Under the pieces are notes generated by a model. The model saw nothing but the letters and a program-made list of their open reading frames with translations. It was not told where the DNA came from and searched no databases. A program made the position numbers and the translations under genes. Shown here piece by piece: positions 23,175 to 34,738 of a stretch of 64,000 nucleotides of DNA (the first letter of the stretch is position 1; each line of letters starts with the position of its first letter). Source of the DNA: Podarcis tiliguerta. Lineage: Eukaryota. The stretch is from NCBI GenBank assembly GCA_965153285.1, contig OZ229117.1. One strand, written 5' to 3'.

Positions 23175-23639
23175 GTAACAAGGCAACATTTATTGTCAAA
23201 CCCATAGCTATTTCTAAGAGAGTTTAAAAATTATTATTAAAAGGTGTAATACTTAAGTAGATCGTGCAAGCTTCTGCCTTACACATAATTCTTACAGGTT
23301 CCTGTACTTGTCTGGTTTGAGAACCTTTGTGTAATCCAGAGGTTTACAATCCTGCATTCCAACCAATTGGCGAGATGACTGTTTTTTCAAGAGCTGTAGT
23401 TTACTGAATCCTAGCAGAAAGCCCACATCCCTTGTGTGCAAAGTTGTAGACAAATTTTAGGTTTTTAAAACGAGTAAAAATGTTATAGCAGACATTTAGT
23501 ATGGTAACAAAAACACATACTGTACTGGAAATGTCACTATAGATCTCTTTGTTGGTCCTGAACTTGTTCTAATTACATTCCTCCTGCACTATTTGAATAT
23601 GTATTTGATTTGCAAATGTTTTTTTTTCCTACTCCCCAG

Positions 23640-23948
23640 AGTGGCACTCTCCATTTCTGTGGTTTCCAAATCTTGGCACCCCAGATCGCTTTCAGTATTG
23701 GCCATACACCACCAGAGGCCCGCTCCCAAATCCTGGAGATGTGGAAGAAGAGATTGGCCACGATCTGGGAGGAGACGCCCCTCAGCTTTGCCCCAAGCAA
23801 CAACTTTGATTTGAGCTTTGCTGGGGGCTTTCTTCTGAAGAAAGAGGTCCAGGAACAGCAAGAAGATAAAAAATATGGGCTGACAACTGGCCAGCATCTG
23901 GGAAAGCCACTCCTGCCTGATAATCAAGTCAAAGCCCAGCAGAAATAG
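23640..23948 (+). CDS. NQO1: NQO1 exon 6 incl. NQO1-specific C-terminal domain (...[23 protein letters not shown])
   Basis: 309 bp to TAG; summed CDS 828 nt = 275 aa; C-terminal extension and synteny separate it from NQO2. Confidence 0.95.
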   Translation, partial: SGTLHFCGFQILAPQIAFSIGHTPPEARSQILEMWKKRLATIWEETPLSFAPSNNFDLSFAGGFLLKKEVQEQQEDKKYGLTTGQHLGKPLLPDNQVKAQQK

Positions 23949-24187
23949 CAAATTCCGTTGGTAAATTGGGACAAAAAAAGAGGCCTTTCTGTAGTAATGA
24001 TAGCAGTAAAAGTTTCCTACTTTCACTTTCTCTGGGTTCATAGGGTCCCCATAGGGCAGACCTTCCCCAAACCGCGCCCTTCTGCTGTGTTTGATTCCAG
24101 TCCCATCAGCCCAACAAGGATGATGGGAGTTGAAACCCAAACTACCTGGGAGCACACCAGATGGGAAAGCTGGTTGAGCACTCTACC

Positions 24188-24193
24188 ATTAAA
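24188..24193 (+). terminator. Candidate NQO1 poly(A) signal ATTAAA (distal AATAAA alternatives at 24937, 24972, 25226)
   Basis: Variant hexamer ~240 nt after the stop, followed by GU-rich sequence. Confidence 0.45.
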
Positions 24194-24914
24194 AACAGTT
24201 AGTTATACCTTGTGTATGTAATACAAGGCATATACTCCACAATGGAGCCTGCTTTATTACTGTTCTCCTCTTTGCAGCCTTAAGATCCTAGCCTATAATC
24301 CACAGGTGGGCAACCACCACAGCCTTTCACATTCCTCTTTGCAGCCCCCATCTCAGCAAAGAGTACCACCATACTGCCTTGAGCGACAGAAGAATTGGCA
24401 GGAAGGTCCAACCCCAGAGCAAAGTACTTAGAGCTTGGGTCTTGCACTTCTCCAAGTGCATATGCCTGGAGAGCATCATAGGTTGTATCCAATGTTAGTG
24501 CTACTTGGAGCAGACCCATTGAAAGTAAAAGGCACTATCTAACTTAGGCACACTAATTTCAATGCATCTGCACAGAGTAGAATGTAGTTGTATAGAACTG
24601 TATGGATCTACCTGGCTGCTTTTTTGTCAGCTCTTCCATTTCTTGTCATAGTAGCCTCAAGGTAGTGGGGGTGGGTGGGTGGAGTACATTGCCTTTACTT
24701 CATTAGCGACCACCAATCCACAATAGATAAAACAAGCTACTTGGCAGTCAATACCACTTGCACCAGACTTGAGCTGCCAGAGGAGAGGTGCAGTGGCAAT
24801 CTGTCTGAAGACAAAACAAGCCACAGATGTAGCTGAAAAGAGGGCAGCTGGGAAGAGTGGTGAAGACAACTGGGCTCCCACCTTCTCCAGCTTGAATCAG
24901 CCACAGCACAAGAA

Positions 24915-24984
24915 GGCAGGGGGAGAGTTCCCTGGCAATAAATGGTGCTGGCAGGGGGAGAGTTCCCTGGCAATAAATGGTGCT
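24915..24984. repeat. Perfect 35-bp tandem duplication
   Basis: ggcagggggagagttccctggcaataaatggtgct x2. Confidence 0.95.
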
Positions 24985-25590
24985 TCAGGGGGTGGGGGTG
25001 GGTGGGAAAAAGTGTAATTAACTGGTGGGGAAGGTGAAGGGTTGCTTTAAATCCTCTTAGTTTACTTGCTGGTAGTAGGGATTAATACTACTTGAGATTT
25101 TTGTACTTTGGTAATAACTTTCACATGTACTAACAACGAAGCCAGGTGTTGCCTCTATTAGTCAGGTTTGTTGGAATGTCATGTAGATTTATACAAGTCT
25201 CTCTTGCGCCAGCAGAGAAATTTAGAATAAAATACTTTTTTAAACCCTTCTCCTGCAGCTGTCTATTGCGTCAAGGGCCACGTTTTGTGCTAGGCATTTA
25301 TACAGTTTGAACCTATTACACCTGTTGGATTCTCGCATGACAGCACTGCTCAGAGGGGAGGGGTGCCTGTTTGTGTCTTCATGAGAGGTGGTGAAGCCTA
25401 AGTCTGCTGCTCTACCGTACAGTTAGTAATATGGGACAAGCCAGCCCAGACATGGTGGGTTCTGCAAAGGAGGTATTTACACAAAGAAGGTTCCACCTTC
25501 CCATCAGTCCAGTGAAGGGACACCCCTCTCCACCTGCTCCATATATGCTGGTGCTGGCTTGCTTATCGGCCATAGAGCAAAAAGGGATGT

Positions 25591-25730
25591 ATAGAATTGT
25601 AGGGTTGGAAGGGACCCTGAGGATCATCTAGTCCAAACCCCCTGCAATGGTGGAATATGCAGCTGCCTTGTATGGGGATCAAACCTGCAACCCTGGTGTT
25701 ACCAGCATCATGCCCTAACCAACTGAGCTA
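25591..25730 (-). mobile_element. SINE with tRNA-Ile-derived head and CR1-like tail
   Basis: Minus strand tagctcagttggttagggcatgatgctggtaacaccagggttgcaggtttgatcccc resembles tRNA-Ile; tail ggactagatgatcctcagggtcccttccaaccctacaattcta. Confidence 0.75.
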
Positions 25731-25870
25731 TCATTAGTAAACTTCTAGCCAGTGTGTGCAGGGCTCAGCAGACAACACACTAGCCTTGCACTTCAGGAGC
25801 AAATGACTCCAAGATACTGAAAAGAATGGAGCACAGTAGCAATACACTGCAAAATGAAAACTTTCAAAGT

Positions 25871-25876
25871 TTTATT
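25871..25876 (-). terminator. NFAT5 poly(A) signal AATAAA
   Basis: tttatt on the plus strand at the end of a long AU-rich terminal exon. Confidence 0.7.
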
Positions 25877-28800
25877 CTTGACTGCAGCTGTGTACAGAAA
25901 TATAGTTGCAAGTATACAAATGTCCCAATAGAAGCAAAATATCTCTCTCTTAATATTCAACAAGTTATCACAGGATAGCTAAAAACAAATGCAAATGAGT
26001 CCCCCACCCCACCCCCTCCAATAGAATAAACAAAACCATTATCAGTGCTCTGAGAAACCCACCTACACAAGCCAGGGACACAAAATGCACAAGGGGCCAT
26101 CTGAGGCTACATTCACATTGCAGGATATTGGAAAAGGCTGCTTGGTGGCTGGCTGGTCTTGAGTGATGTTCTAAGCAAGCATGGCAAGAAAGGGGAGGGA
26201 GTGTGTTAGGACTGCGGCGACATTAACAGGCCTAGCTCTGGGAGAAAACCTTCATTAGTTGCACACAAATTGCTGTTGGGACAGAGGGGTACAACAAGAT
26301 TCTTGGTCTCAGCAGGTCCAAGCCCAAACTGTTCAGAACAAAACCTTGCCCTGTCCAAATGGGACTTCATTCCAAACAAGTTGGACTCCATGGGCCAGAG
26401 CCCCAATACAAAAAGCTGCTGAAAAGAGGAAACGATGGACCCCAGATGACAGCCAAGCTACCTAAGGGCTTAAGGATCAAAGTGGCAGTGGTGGCAGGGA
26501 CTGAAAGAAAACTGCAGTGGTGGCAGCAGCAGCATCCACATGGGCCATGTCTGGTGCAGAGGTCAGGGTTACACTCAAAAGTTATTCCAATGCAGGAAAT
26601 CCTCTGCTATGAGCTCAAAAAAGAGACCACCATTTTGCAAAATGGACCTATTGGTTAACACTGAAACCCTGGAGAAAACAACAACAAAAAATTTGCTCCC
26701 ATGATCAAGAGTGACAGCCTGTCAAATACTTAGTGATGGTTATCAAATCTCCTCTTCATTGTTTCTTGTGCAGCCTAAATATACCTAGTCTTTTCAACCT
26801 TTTCAAATGGGACGTGGCTATGACCAAGTTGCTCATTGCCAGGGTGGGCAAGACCAAATGAGGCACTTCCTGGCCTTTCAGGCTCTGCTCTGATGCAGTG
26901 TGCTAGAGGATTACTCAGGATAAGACACAAGCACTTTCCTAGGCATGTTTGGAGTGGTGCACAAGAGGAGAAAGGAAAGCAAGTCAGGAATGCCTGAAAG
27001 GACAGCTCTCTTGACCATTAATATGCAGGGAGGGACCTGAAACCACAAGGGCTTTTACAGTTCTGATTCCCGATGTGGCTTTATCCAGAGTGTGTGAGGA
27101 GAGAGTTGTACATAAAAATGATTGCCTCCTGTAGTTTGAAGCCCTTTGTGGTGGAAAGGCTCAGCTGGATTCTTGTGGACTGATGCAGAGAGGAAAATGA
27201 ATGGGGACAACATGAGCTCCAAGTGCCATGTGGGGATCAAGAACACACAGGAAACAAGATGCACCTTGCAAGGCTGCCGAGGTCCCATCTCCATGAAACT
27301 CTAGAATACCTTTTGTAGGCTCTGCTACCACAGGCCCCGGAAAACAAACAAAAAGGGTGTAGGAAAGATGCAGCACCAGCCAGCCACTGAGCAGACCTTT
27401 GTTCCAAATACATACTTTTTTGTAACCAAATCACGTTAAAAATGTTGCACATTTAAATATTGACCTAAAATGGACCAAGAAAAAATAGAAATAAACCAAC
27501 CCAAAAACCCATGTACATCACCGTTTTGAACAGAGCAGCAGCAGGAGCCCTTTTAACAAACAGAACACAGATGCCTGCGTTGTATGGCTGGAGTAATGTG
27601 GGGAGAAGTGACAAGAGGCAGCTCTGAGCAGGAAACTTGGTTCAATAGAAGATTGGTCCCTGGTGACTTAGCACTGTCCCCCGAGGACAGTCCTGATGCC
27701 ACCGAAGTGAACAAGACACAGCAGCGTACAAGTCAACCTGCTCCTACTCAACCCTCTCCACACACTTCTTCCCCATAAAGCTCCTGCCATGGCCTGGGAC
27801 TAAGTGCCTCTTCCAGAAGACACAGGCAATCCCAGGCCCAACTGCAGGATCCCCAGAAGTGAAAGCAAAAGCCTCTGGCTTGGTACATCCCTTTCTGCCT
27901 CCTCATTCATAGTTAGGCACATGGCTGCTCCTTCCCATCCTCAATACTCTTTCAGCAAATAAAAGAAACATAACATTGTAAGAGAAGCAAGCTCAATGCA
28001 GCTACAGACATCATGAAATGAGGAAAGAAGGTTCCAATTGTGAATTTGTAGTGTTGTTATAAATTAAAAAGCTAGCAATAAAATATTAGACATTAACCAT
28101 GAGTGAACAGCTGAATGGCTCATGTCAAGGGACTCCCATGCAAAGGAAGATGCACATGTGTCACCTCTGCAGTGAAGTTGCCCTCACAGCCAATCAGCAC
28201 AGAGGCTGCCTGATTATATGAACGGCCAGAGATGAACCAATCACATCTGCAAAAAGTACTCAAATACTTTGTGAAGACTTAACAACAACCCCCCTTCCCC
28301 TGGTTCCTAGATGCCATGTTGTGGGAAAACAGACAACAAAACACACATTTACCACAAAAATCTGTGGCAAAAAGAATATATGTGTGTGAATATATGTATA
28401 TGTATATATATATTTATATATATATATTATTTATGCCAATGTACTCACTCAGTACAAATAGCAAAATAGTTTATCATTTTCTAAATACAAAATAGAGCTT
28501 TCCAAAAAAATGAAACACACATTAGATATAAACCATCCAAAACCTGAACGATTGAAAACTGTATTCAAAATTAAATGACCTAGAGCAGGTCTCTTTCTGA
28601 AAAGTTCTCTTCATATCGGCAAAATAGCCTGTACTACTGAAAACATAACTCAAGCCTCTCAAAGAGAGACGGACAAACAGAACGAATCACTGACTGCAAA
28701 CATCAGAGACGGACTGGCATTTAACAGGACAACAACAATAACAAAAAACAAGCACAACTCTACATAGCTCAAGGTGGAGCACAAGTTAGAAAAAACACAC

Positions 28801-29167
28801 AAGGGGTAGCCTAAAAAACCAGGTACAAGCTAAATTCTTCTCTACACAAAAGTAACAAAAATGAACACCAATGCTTACTAAAAAACACAACTCCCCAATG
28901 CCAACAAGAGTCACACACAACAGCTGTTGGGTGACAGACACCACGCACAGCATTTGATGTGCAGGAAAGGAGGAGAGGGAAATAAAAATCCAGAAGAGGG
29001 AAACTGTAGCTATCCCTGGAGAGCACCTGAAATTGAGTTTGCCCCTTGGTGCTGACAGCACACAATAGCATCTGCCTTTTAAGCCAAAATGGATGCAAAT
29101 TCATCACTAGCATTTGCATTTTGAAAGAGTGACGTTACTTGTCTCGTATGAGCTAAGGAGCTATGTA

Positions 29168-29320
29168 AGAACATAAGTAAAGCCTACTGGATCAGTTCAA
29201 TGGCCCATCTAGTCCAGCATCATGTTCTTACAGTGGCCAACCAGATACCTAGTCCACAAGCAGGACCTAGGTGCAATAGTACTCTGCGCACCTGCAATTC
29301 TCAGCAACTGGTATACAGAG
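29168..29320 (-). mobile_element. CR1-type 3' tail fragment inside the NFAT5 3'UTR (related copy ~39625-39720)
   Basis: agaacataag...ctggatcag...ggcccatctagtccagcat is the reverse of the tail at 2940-2996. Confidence 0.7.
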
Positions 29321-31367
29321 GCACCCCTTCAAGCCCCGAGGGGAAGCTGTCAAATCCCCCTCCCCGCATGTGAGTTTAAATTTAAGACTTCAAACCTGCA
29401 CCAATTAGAAAAGGGGTGGAGGAGCAGAAACCAGCATGCCCAAAAATATTCTCTCACCCCTCCTCTACAGACCAAGGAGGTATCAGCCAGCTTGGTCATT
29501 CCAGCCCCACTACAATGGACCTTCTGGTCTCCAAAAAACCTAATTCAGATTTGTACAGGTGGCAGCATATTTCACACAAGAGGAAAGAGACAGAAAAGGG
29601 ATTAAGAGGAACAAAATTCAGCTTATGGCCTATCAAGGCAGGACTCAAGAGGGGGTCTATTGCTCAGCATAGCAAACTGCCCCCTTGTGAAAGGGGAGAT
29701 GGGCAGAGCACCAGAGGCTCAGAGAAGTCCCTGTTTGAGCAGCCAATCTTTCAGCCTCCCAGGAAGCTGTAGTCACATTCTTGGATATCACCCACTCCCC
29801 GCCCCTCGTGGCTTTAGGGGACTCTCTGCCAGTATATGCCACCTTCCTAGGTGCTAATTCACAGCTTTCTCCATACTGCTATGAAGCTGACAGCAGCTTC
29901 CGTTTAACAAAGAGTCATTAATTCACACTGGTATGTTCAACACTTGATAACTGCACCATTAAGCAATGACTGGCATGAGTGAAATGCACAATTGAGGACT
30001 GAACACTTGAATCACCTTCACCTCCCCCAAGCAACATTTTTCACTGGAAACCATTTACACCTGCAAATCAAGTGATTGAGTCTTCAAGTGATGAGCACAA
30101 ATGTGTGAATCAACCATCTGTATATCCCAGTTATTTTAGGACACATATCCCTGTGTGCTTTGCAGCCTGTTCCAGGAGCAGACACAGTCTCAGGTTCTTT
30201 CAGTGCCAAGCTGCAATGATAAATGAGCAGCTGCACTCTGCATCCCCACAGCTGGACTAGAGATGGGGGCAACTGTCCAAAGTAGAGCCTCTTTCGCATC
30301 TTCCAGCTTCAAGAAGTCTCTCTCTGATGCTCTCACTCAGCAGCCGTTTCTCATCAGGCTTAGAATGGGTACTCTTCCAATGTGATGGTGAAGGCTACAT
30401 TTCCCCTTGGGTCCAAGGCCGCACTTTGACACAGGAAATTTAACTCCAAACATCCTAAATTCCAGAGTCACAAGAACGAAAGTCTTGCAAATCTGCTTGT
30501 CCATTACAGGATTTCTGAAGTTACAAGCTAAAAGAACACACAAAGACAAAAGTTAAGCATAGTAAGAGCCTCATTATTTCCCCCTAAAGCACTCTAATTA
30601 AACAGCATCCAACAGCTGGTTATTTCCCTCTATGCTGAAGTTACCAATGATGGCTTCTTTGAATGTAATATTACTGCCACCCATCAGTGAAATCTGACTG
30701 GGACTTGAAGAGAGGATGTATACTATGGAGTTGGAGTGTGAGAGAGCCCATCCTAGCATTATGGCTTGGGGAGGGCCATGTGCTGCTGAGCTCTCTCTTG
30801 TAACTGCACCAGCAGCACAGAACTTGGTAGGATTTAACATCCTAAAATAATAAAATTTAATGCTTTTGTAAAGAAAGCTCCTAGAGGGCTAATGGCTGAA
30901 AGCATTGTTGCAGACAAGTGGATGACACTTTTATGTCTCAAGAGGCAGAGCAAGGATTCCAATCACTGCCAGTAGAAAAAGGATTATGTAAAAGCCCCTG
31001 TTTCCTTTGTATAATTTATTCAGGCCAGAAAAATAAGGCTTTATTTCTGTGTGGAGTAAACACAGCTGACCATGCTGCCTTGGAACTGCATATTTCAGCC
31101 TTGAGCTGAAGTCAAGGCAAACGACCCATATCCACCCTGGGATTTCTGAGCCATGGTAATCAAGTTCAGTGAGGCCACTGCAAGTGTCCTAAGGGCCAGG
31201 AGAATGAGGGCTGGGAAGCTCTATTTACTCTCAAGACAGGCACTAATTCTATTATCATTCTGGGGAAGCAGCAGAAAAGACGGACTTTTATTAGCTGCAA
31301 GAAATAAGAAGAGAACATGCTGGCTTGGCTACAGCCTTTGACTCCCATCTCCAACTCACCTGGACAG

Positions 31368-31600
31368 TTAGAAGGAGCCAGCCATGTTGTTGTTCCCCTG
31401 GTTTTGTAGAGACACTAGCAGGTCATCAATCTTCTTCATATTCTGATTGGTGGTCATAGCAGAAGGCAGCTGGGGGCTTTCAGACATCTGCTGGGATAGT
31501 AGAGTTGTGACTGATGACTGTGCTTCACCCTGTGGCTGGCTTATTGTGATCATCTGATCTGACATTGAAGCGGGTCCAGATGTTAAGAGCTGGCCACAGT
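31368..31600 (-). CDS. NFAT5: NFAT5 last coding exon ([10 protein letters not shown]...[21 protein letters not shown]); exon continues to 31360
   Basis: Acceptor ttctcaacag, NFAT5 C-terminus, TAA then 8 nt then donor gtgagt. Confidence 0.93.
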
Positions 31601-32325
31601 CTGTTGAGAAAGACAAGATTCGTTCAGAGCACCATGCAAATTTATTGAACAGTGAAAGGAAGCCTATTGCATTTCACATTGTACTGGCCTCATAAACATC
31701 TAGAGTGTCCCCACAGAGCATTTTCCCCTAAGGCATTTAGGATCAGGGTGCTGGTATCCCAAGAAACCAGTAGAAAGAAGTCAGACACCGACAGATGCAC
31801 AAAGCATCTCATACGAAGTTAACAGGCCCTTTGGCTCATTCTTCTTTGTCTATATATAAAATCTACTGCATAGCTAGAGAGCTTTCCCCCACCATATTAT
31901 GTGCTGTGCTATGCTCTGAAAGCATGCAGATAGGTTTACAGCAGCTCTGCCACAGTTACAGAATCTCTACTTCTGGGAAAATGCTACATAAATGCCACTG
32001 AGTGAACAAATTGGATTTGGATGCTTTTGTACACATTTATACTGATCACTGACTTTTATACTGGCTGGGCCTGATGGGGGGAGTTGGAGTCCAACTCCAT
32101 CTGGAGGACCACAAGTTCCCCATCCTTGCTTTAGACTGTAAGCAGTCTATGTCAAAATTGCTGTTAACACTGTAGTGTGTTCCCAGATTATATGGGCTTT
32201 ACAAAGAAAGTCATAATTCAACACAATTTTAGATAGTTTTTCACAGCTGCACAGATGTGGCCTCCAACACAAGCTTCACAAAGGGAAGAAAGCACTAATG
32301 GCAATTCTGGATACTCTGTACTTAC

Positions 32326-33670
32326 TATCTTGGATGCCAAACAGGAATATTCCAGAGGTCTGCCGAGATGAAGCGGAGGAGTTCTGCAGCTGGTTCATGG
32401 AACCACTTCCAGGTGTGTTATGGAACAAAGCAGCCTGCTGCTGCTGCGGGGGTGAAGAAGCTCCCTGGATGCCAGCCATATTGTTTGGTGAAGAGTAGTG
32501 GGGGGGCTGCTGCAACTCTTGCTGGTTCATGCTGTTTTGCAAGGCAGACATGGAAGTCGATGATATGAAGAGGGTGACAGGTTGCTCCTGAGAGCTGGAG
32601 GATCCTTGGACTAGCTGGATCTGGGGTGAGTTGTGGAATAAGGCAGGCTGCTGCTGTGACTCAGCTTGATTAGACCCTGGGCTCTGGTTCTGAAACTGCA
32701 TGGGTTGCTGATCCTGATTCATTGGTGCCATGCTGCTTTGTGGGTGGAAGAGAGACTGGCTTTGTTGTTGTTGCTGCTGTTGTTGCTGCTGCTGCTGCTC
32801 CTGGCTGGCCATTGGGTTAGGGTTTGGGTTGTACATCATGTTCTGCTTCTGAGATGTCATAGGACCCATGGAATTCTGATTGCTGAACCTCAAATTCTGC
32901 TGCTGCTGCTGCTCTTGGGAGGGTGTGCTGTTCTGAAGAGCCACCATAGAATGCTGTGGTTGGAACATGGCTCCTTGCTGGTTTTGGGGCACCTGTGATT
33001 GGAACATGCTCTGCTGCTGTTGCTGGGACTGCTCTTGGGCAAGCATAGGGCTCTGGAGGTGTGAGAGCTGAGCCTGCTGCTGCTGGAATGTCGACTGCTG
33101 CTCAGCATTGGCAGATGTCTGCAGCGGAGAAATGGAATTCTGTGTGGCAAAGAAGGGCATCTGTTCCTCCTGTGCAACTGAGCTCTGGGGAAGGAATAGG
33201 TTGCTTCCCTGCTGGTCCTGAACCACACCCATGGGACTCTGGGAGTGGAACATTGGAGGCTGCAGCTGCTCTGAGGAAGAGGCAGAGCTCTGGCTGTGGA
33301 AGAGAGCACTTTGGGTCTCCTGCGAGATGTTCTGAGCATCCCCAATAGGGCTCTGTGAGTGAAAAAGCTGAGCCTGTGAATGGGGAGCCTGCTGCAAGAA
33401 GCTTCCAGACTGGAGAGACATCAACTCCCCACTCTGCTGAAAGAGGCTCCCAGTTTGCTGCTGTTGCTGCTGTGTTCCATTGTCCTGAACGGCCATCATG
33501 CTTTCTGAGGAGGAGAAGAGGCTGACCTGCGCCTGGTTCTCCCCGCTGTGCTGCATTTGAACCATAGCTTGAAATACATTGTTCTGCATCTGTTTGGTCT
33601 GACCTGAAGCTTCTTCACCTTCGGCAGAGCCAGAAGACTGAAACATGGAAGGGCCGTTGGCAGGCACCAC

Positions 33671-33707
<37 letters not shown>

Positions 33708-34738
33708 GATGGAGTACCAGCTTCATTACCAGAAACATTGGTGGGTGAGAATAGCTCACACTGCATCTGTATGTCTTCATTTGTTGTCAGTGCACCCATC
33801 AGGTGAGAAGTTTGTTGGTACACTGGGGACTGCTGGATGTTTCTATTTCCCGAAGAGGAGGTTGAGAACATGTCAGACTGCATCTGACTTGCTGCCTGGC
33901 AGAGGCCTTGCTGAATCTCAATCACCATAGCTGCAGAAGTCTCCATTGCTTGCTGTTGCTGCTGCTGCTGCTGCTGTTGCTGCTGCTGGCTGGACAAAGA
34001 ACTTTCAGGTTGTGGATGGACATTCTCACTTCTCCCAGAGAGAAGGTCCTCAGCCCTTGAATGGACAGTGTCAGAGGAGGAAAACATCCCTTGGCTGACT
34101 CCATTTTGGATCTGGCTAACCTGCTGAAAAATCTCTACATTGATTTGCTCTTGAACATCCTCATTGTCAGACCCAGAGAACAAGACAGAGGACAGCTGCT
34201 GCTGGGCTTCCAGGACCTGCTGGACCAAATCTACACTTCCATGGTTGCTGCTGCCAGTGCTAGACTGAAAGTTCCCTGCTTGCAGTTGTTGAATTGTGTT
34301 CTGCAGCTGACTCACACTGCTGGCCGATGAGAAAAGGTTTGACGACATCTGCTGCTGCAACACTTGTGCCGATTCCTGGAGTGGTGACTGCTGCTGGGAC
34401 GCCTCCGTCAACTGAGACAAAGTCATGACTGCACTGTCTGGCTGCAACACCTCTCTCGGCTGGGACTCCCTGGTGGGGAACTGGGATGCCTGCTGCAACA
34501 AGGTGTCACTGTTTTGCAGCTGATTGGGACCAGAACCTGCAGGGAAGCTGCCAGGCTGGGCAAGGTCCTGTGCCTGGAGGGAGGGCATTGCCTCTGGAGT
34601 ATATAACTTTGGCTGCAGCTGCTGATTTTCACTCTCTGGTGCTAAGTGAGAAGCAGAAGAGGAGAAAGTGCCATTGCCCAATATACTGGACATGTTGGTT
34701 TCCAATGTGGCTTGGGGTGGTCCAACTACACTTGTTGC
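32326..34738 (-). CDS. NFAT5: NFAT5 giant Gln-rich activation-domain exon (2413 bp)
   Basis: Within the 837-aa ORF; acceptor cccctcag, donor A|gtaagt; motifs [20 protein letters not shown] and GIFLFGIQ. Confidence 0.95.

Larger units (their letters stand above)
25850..30527 (-). other. NFAT5: NFAT5 terminal non-coding exon (long 3'UTR, ~4.7 kb; 3' end approximate)
   Basis: Acceptor gtgttcttttag at 30528-30539; U-rich/AU-rich minus strand; ends at AATAAA 25871. Confidence 0.7.
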
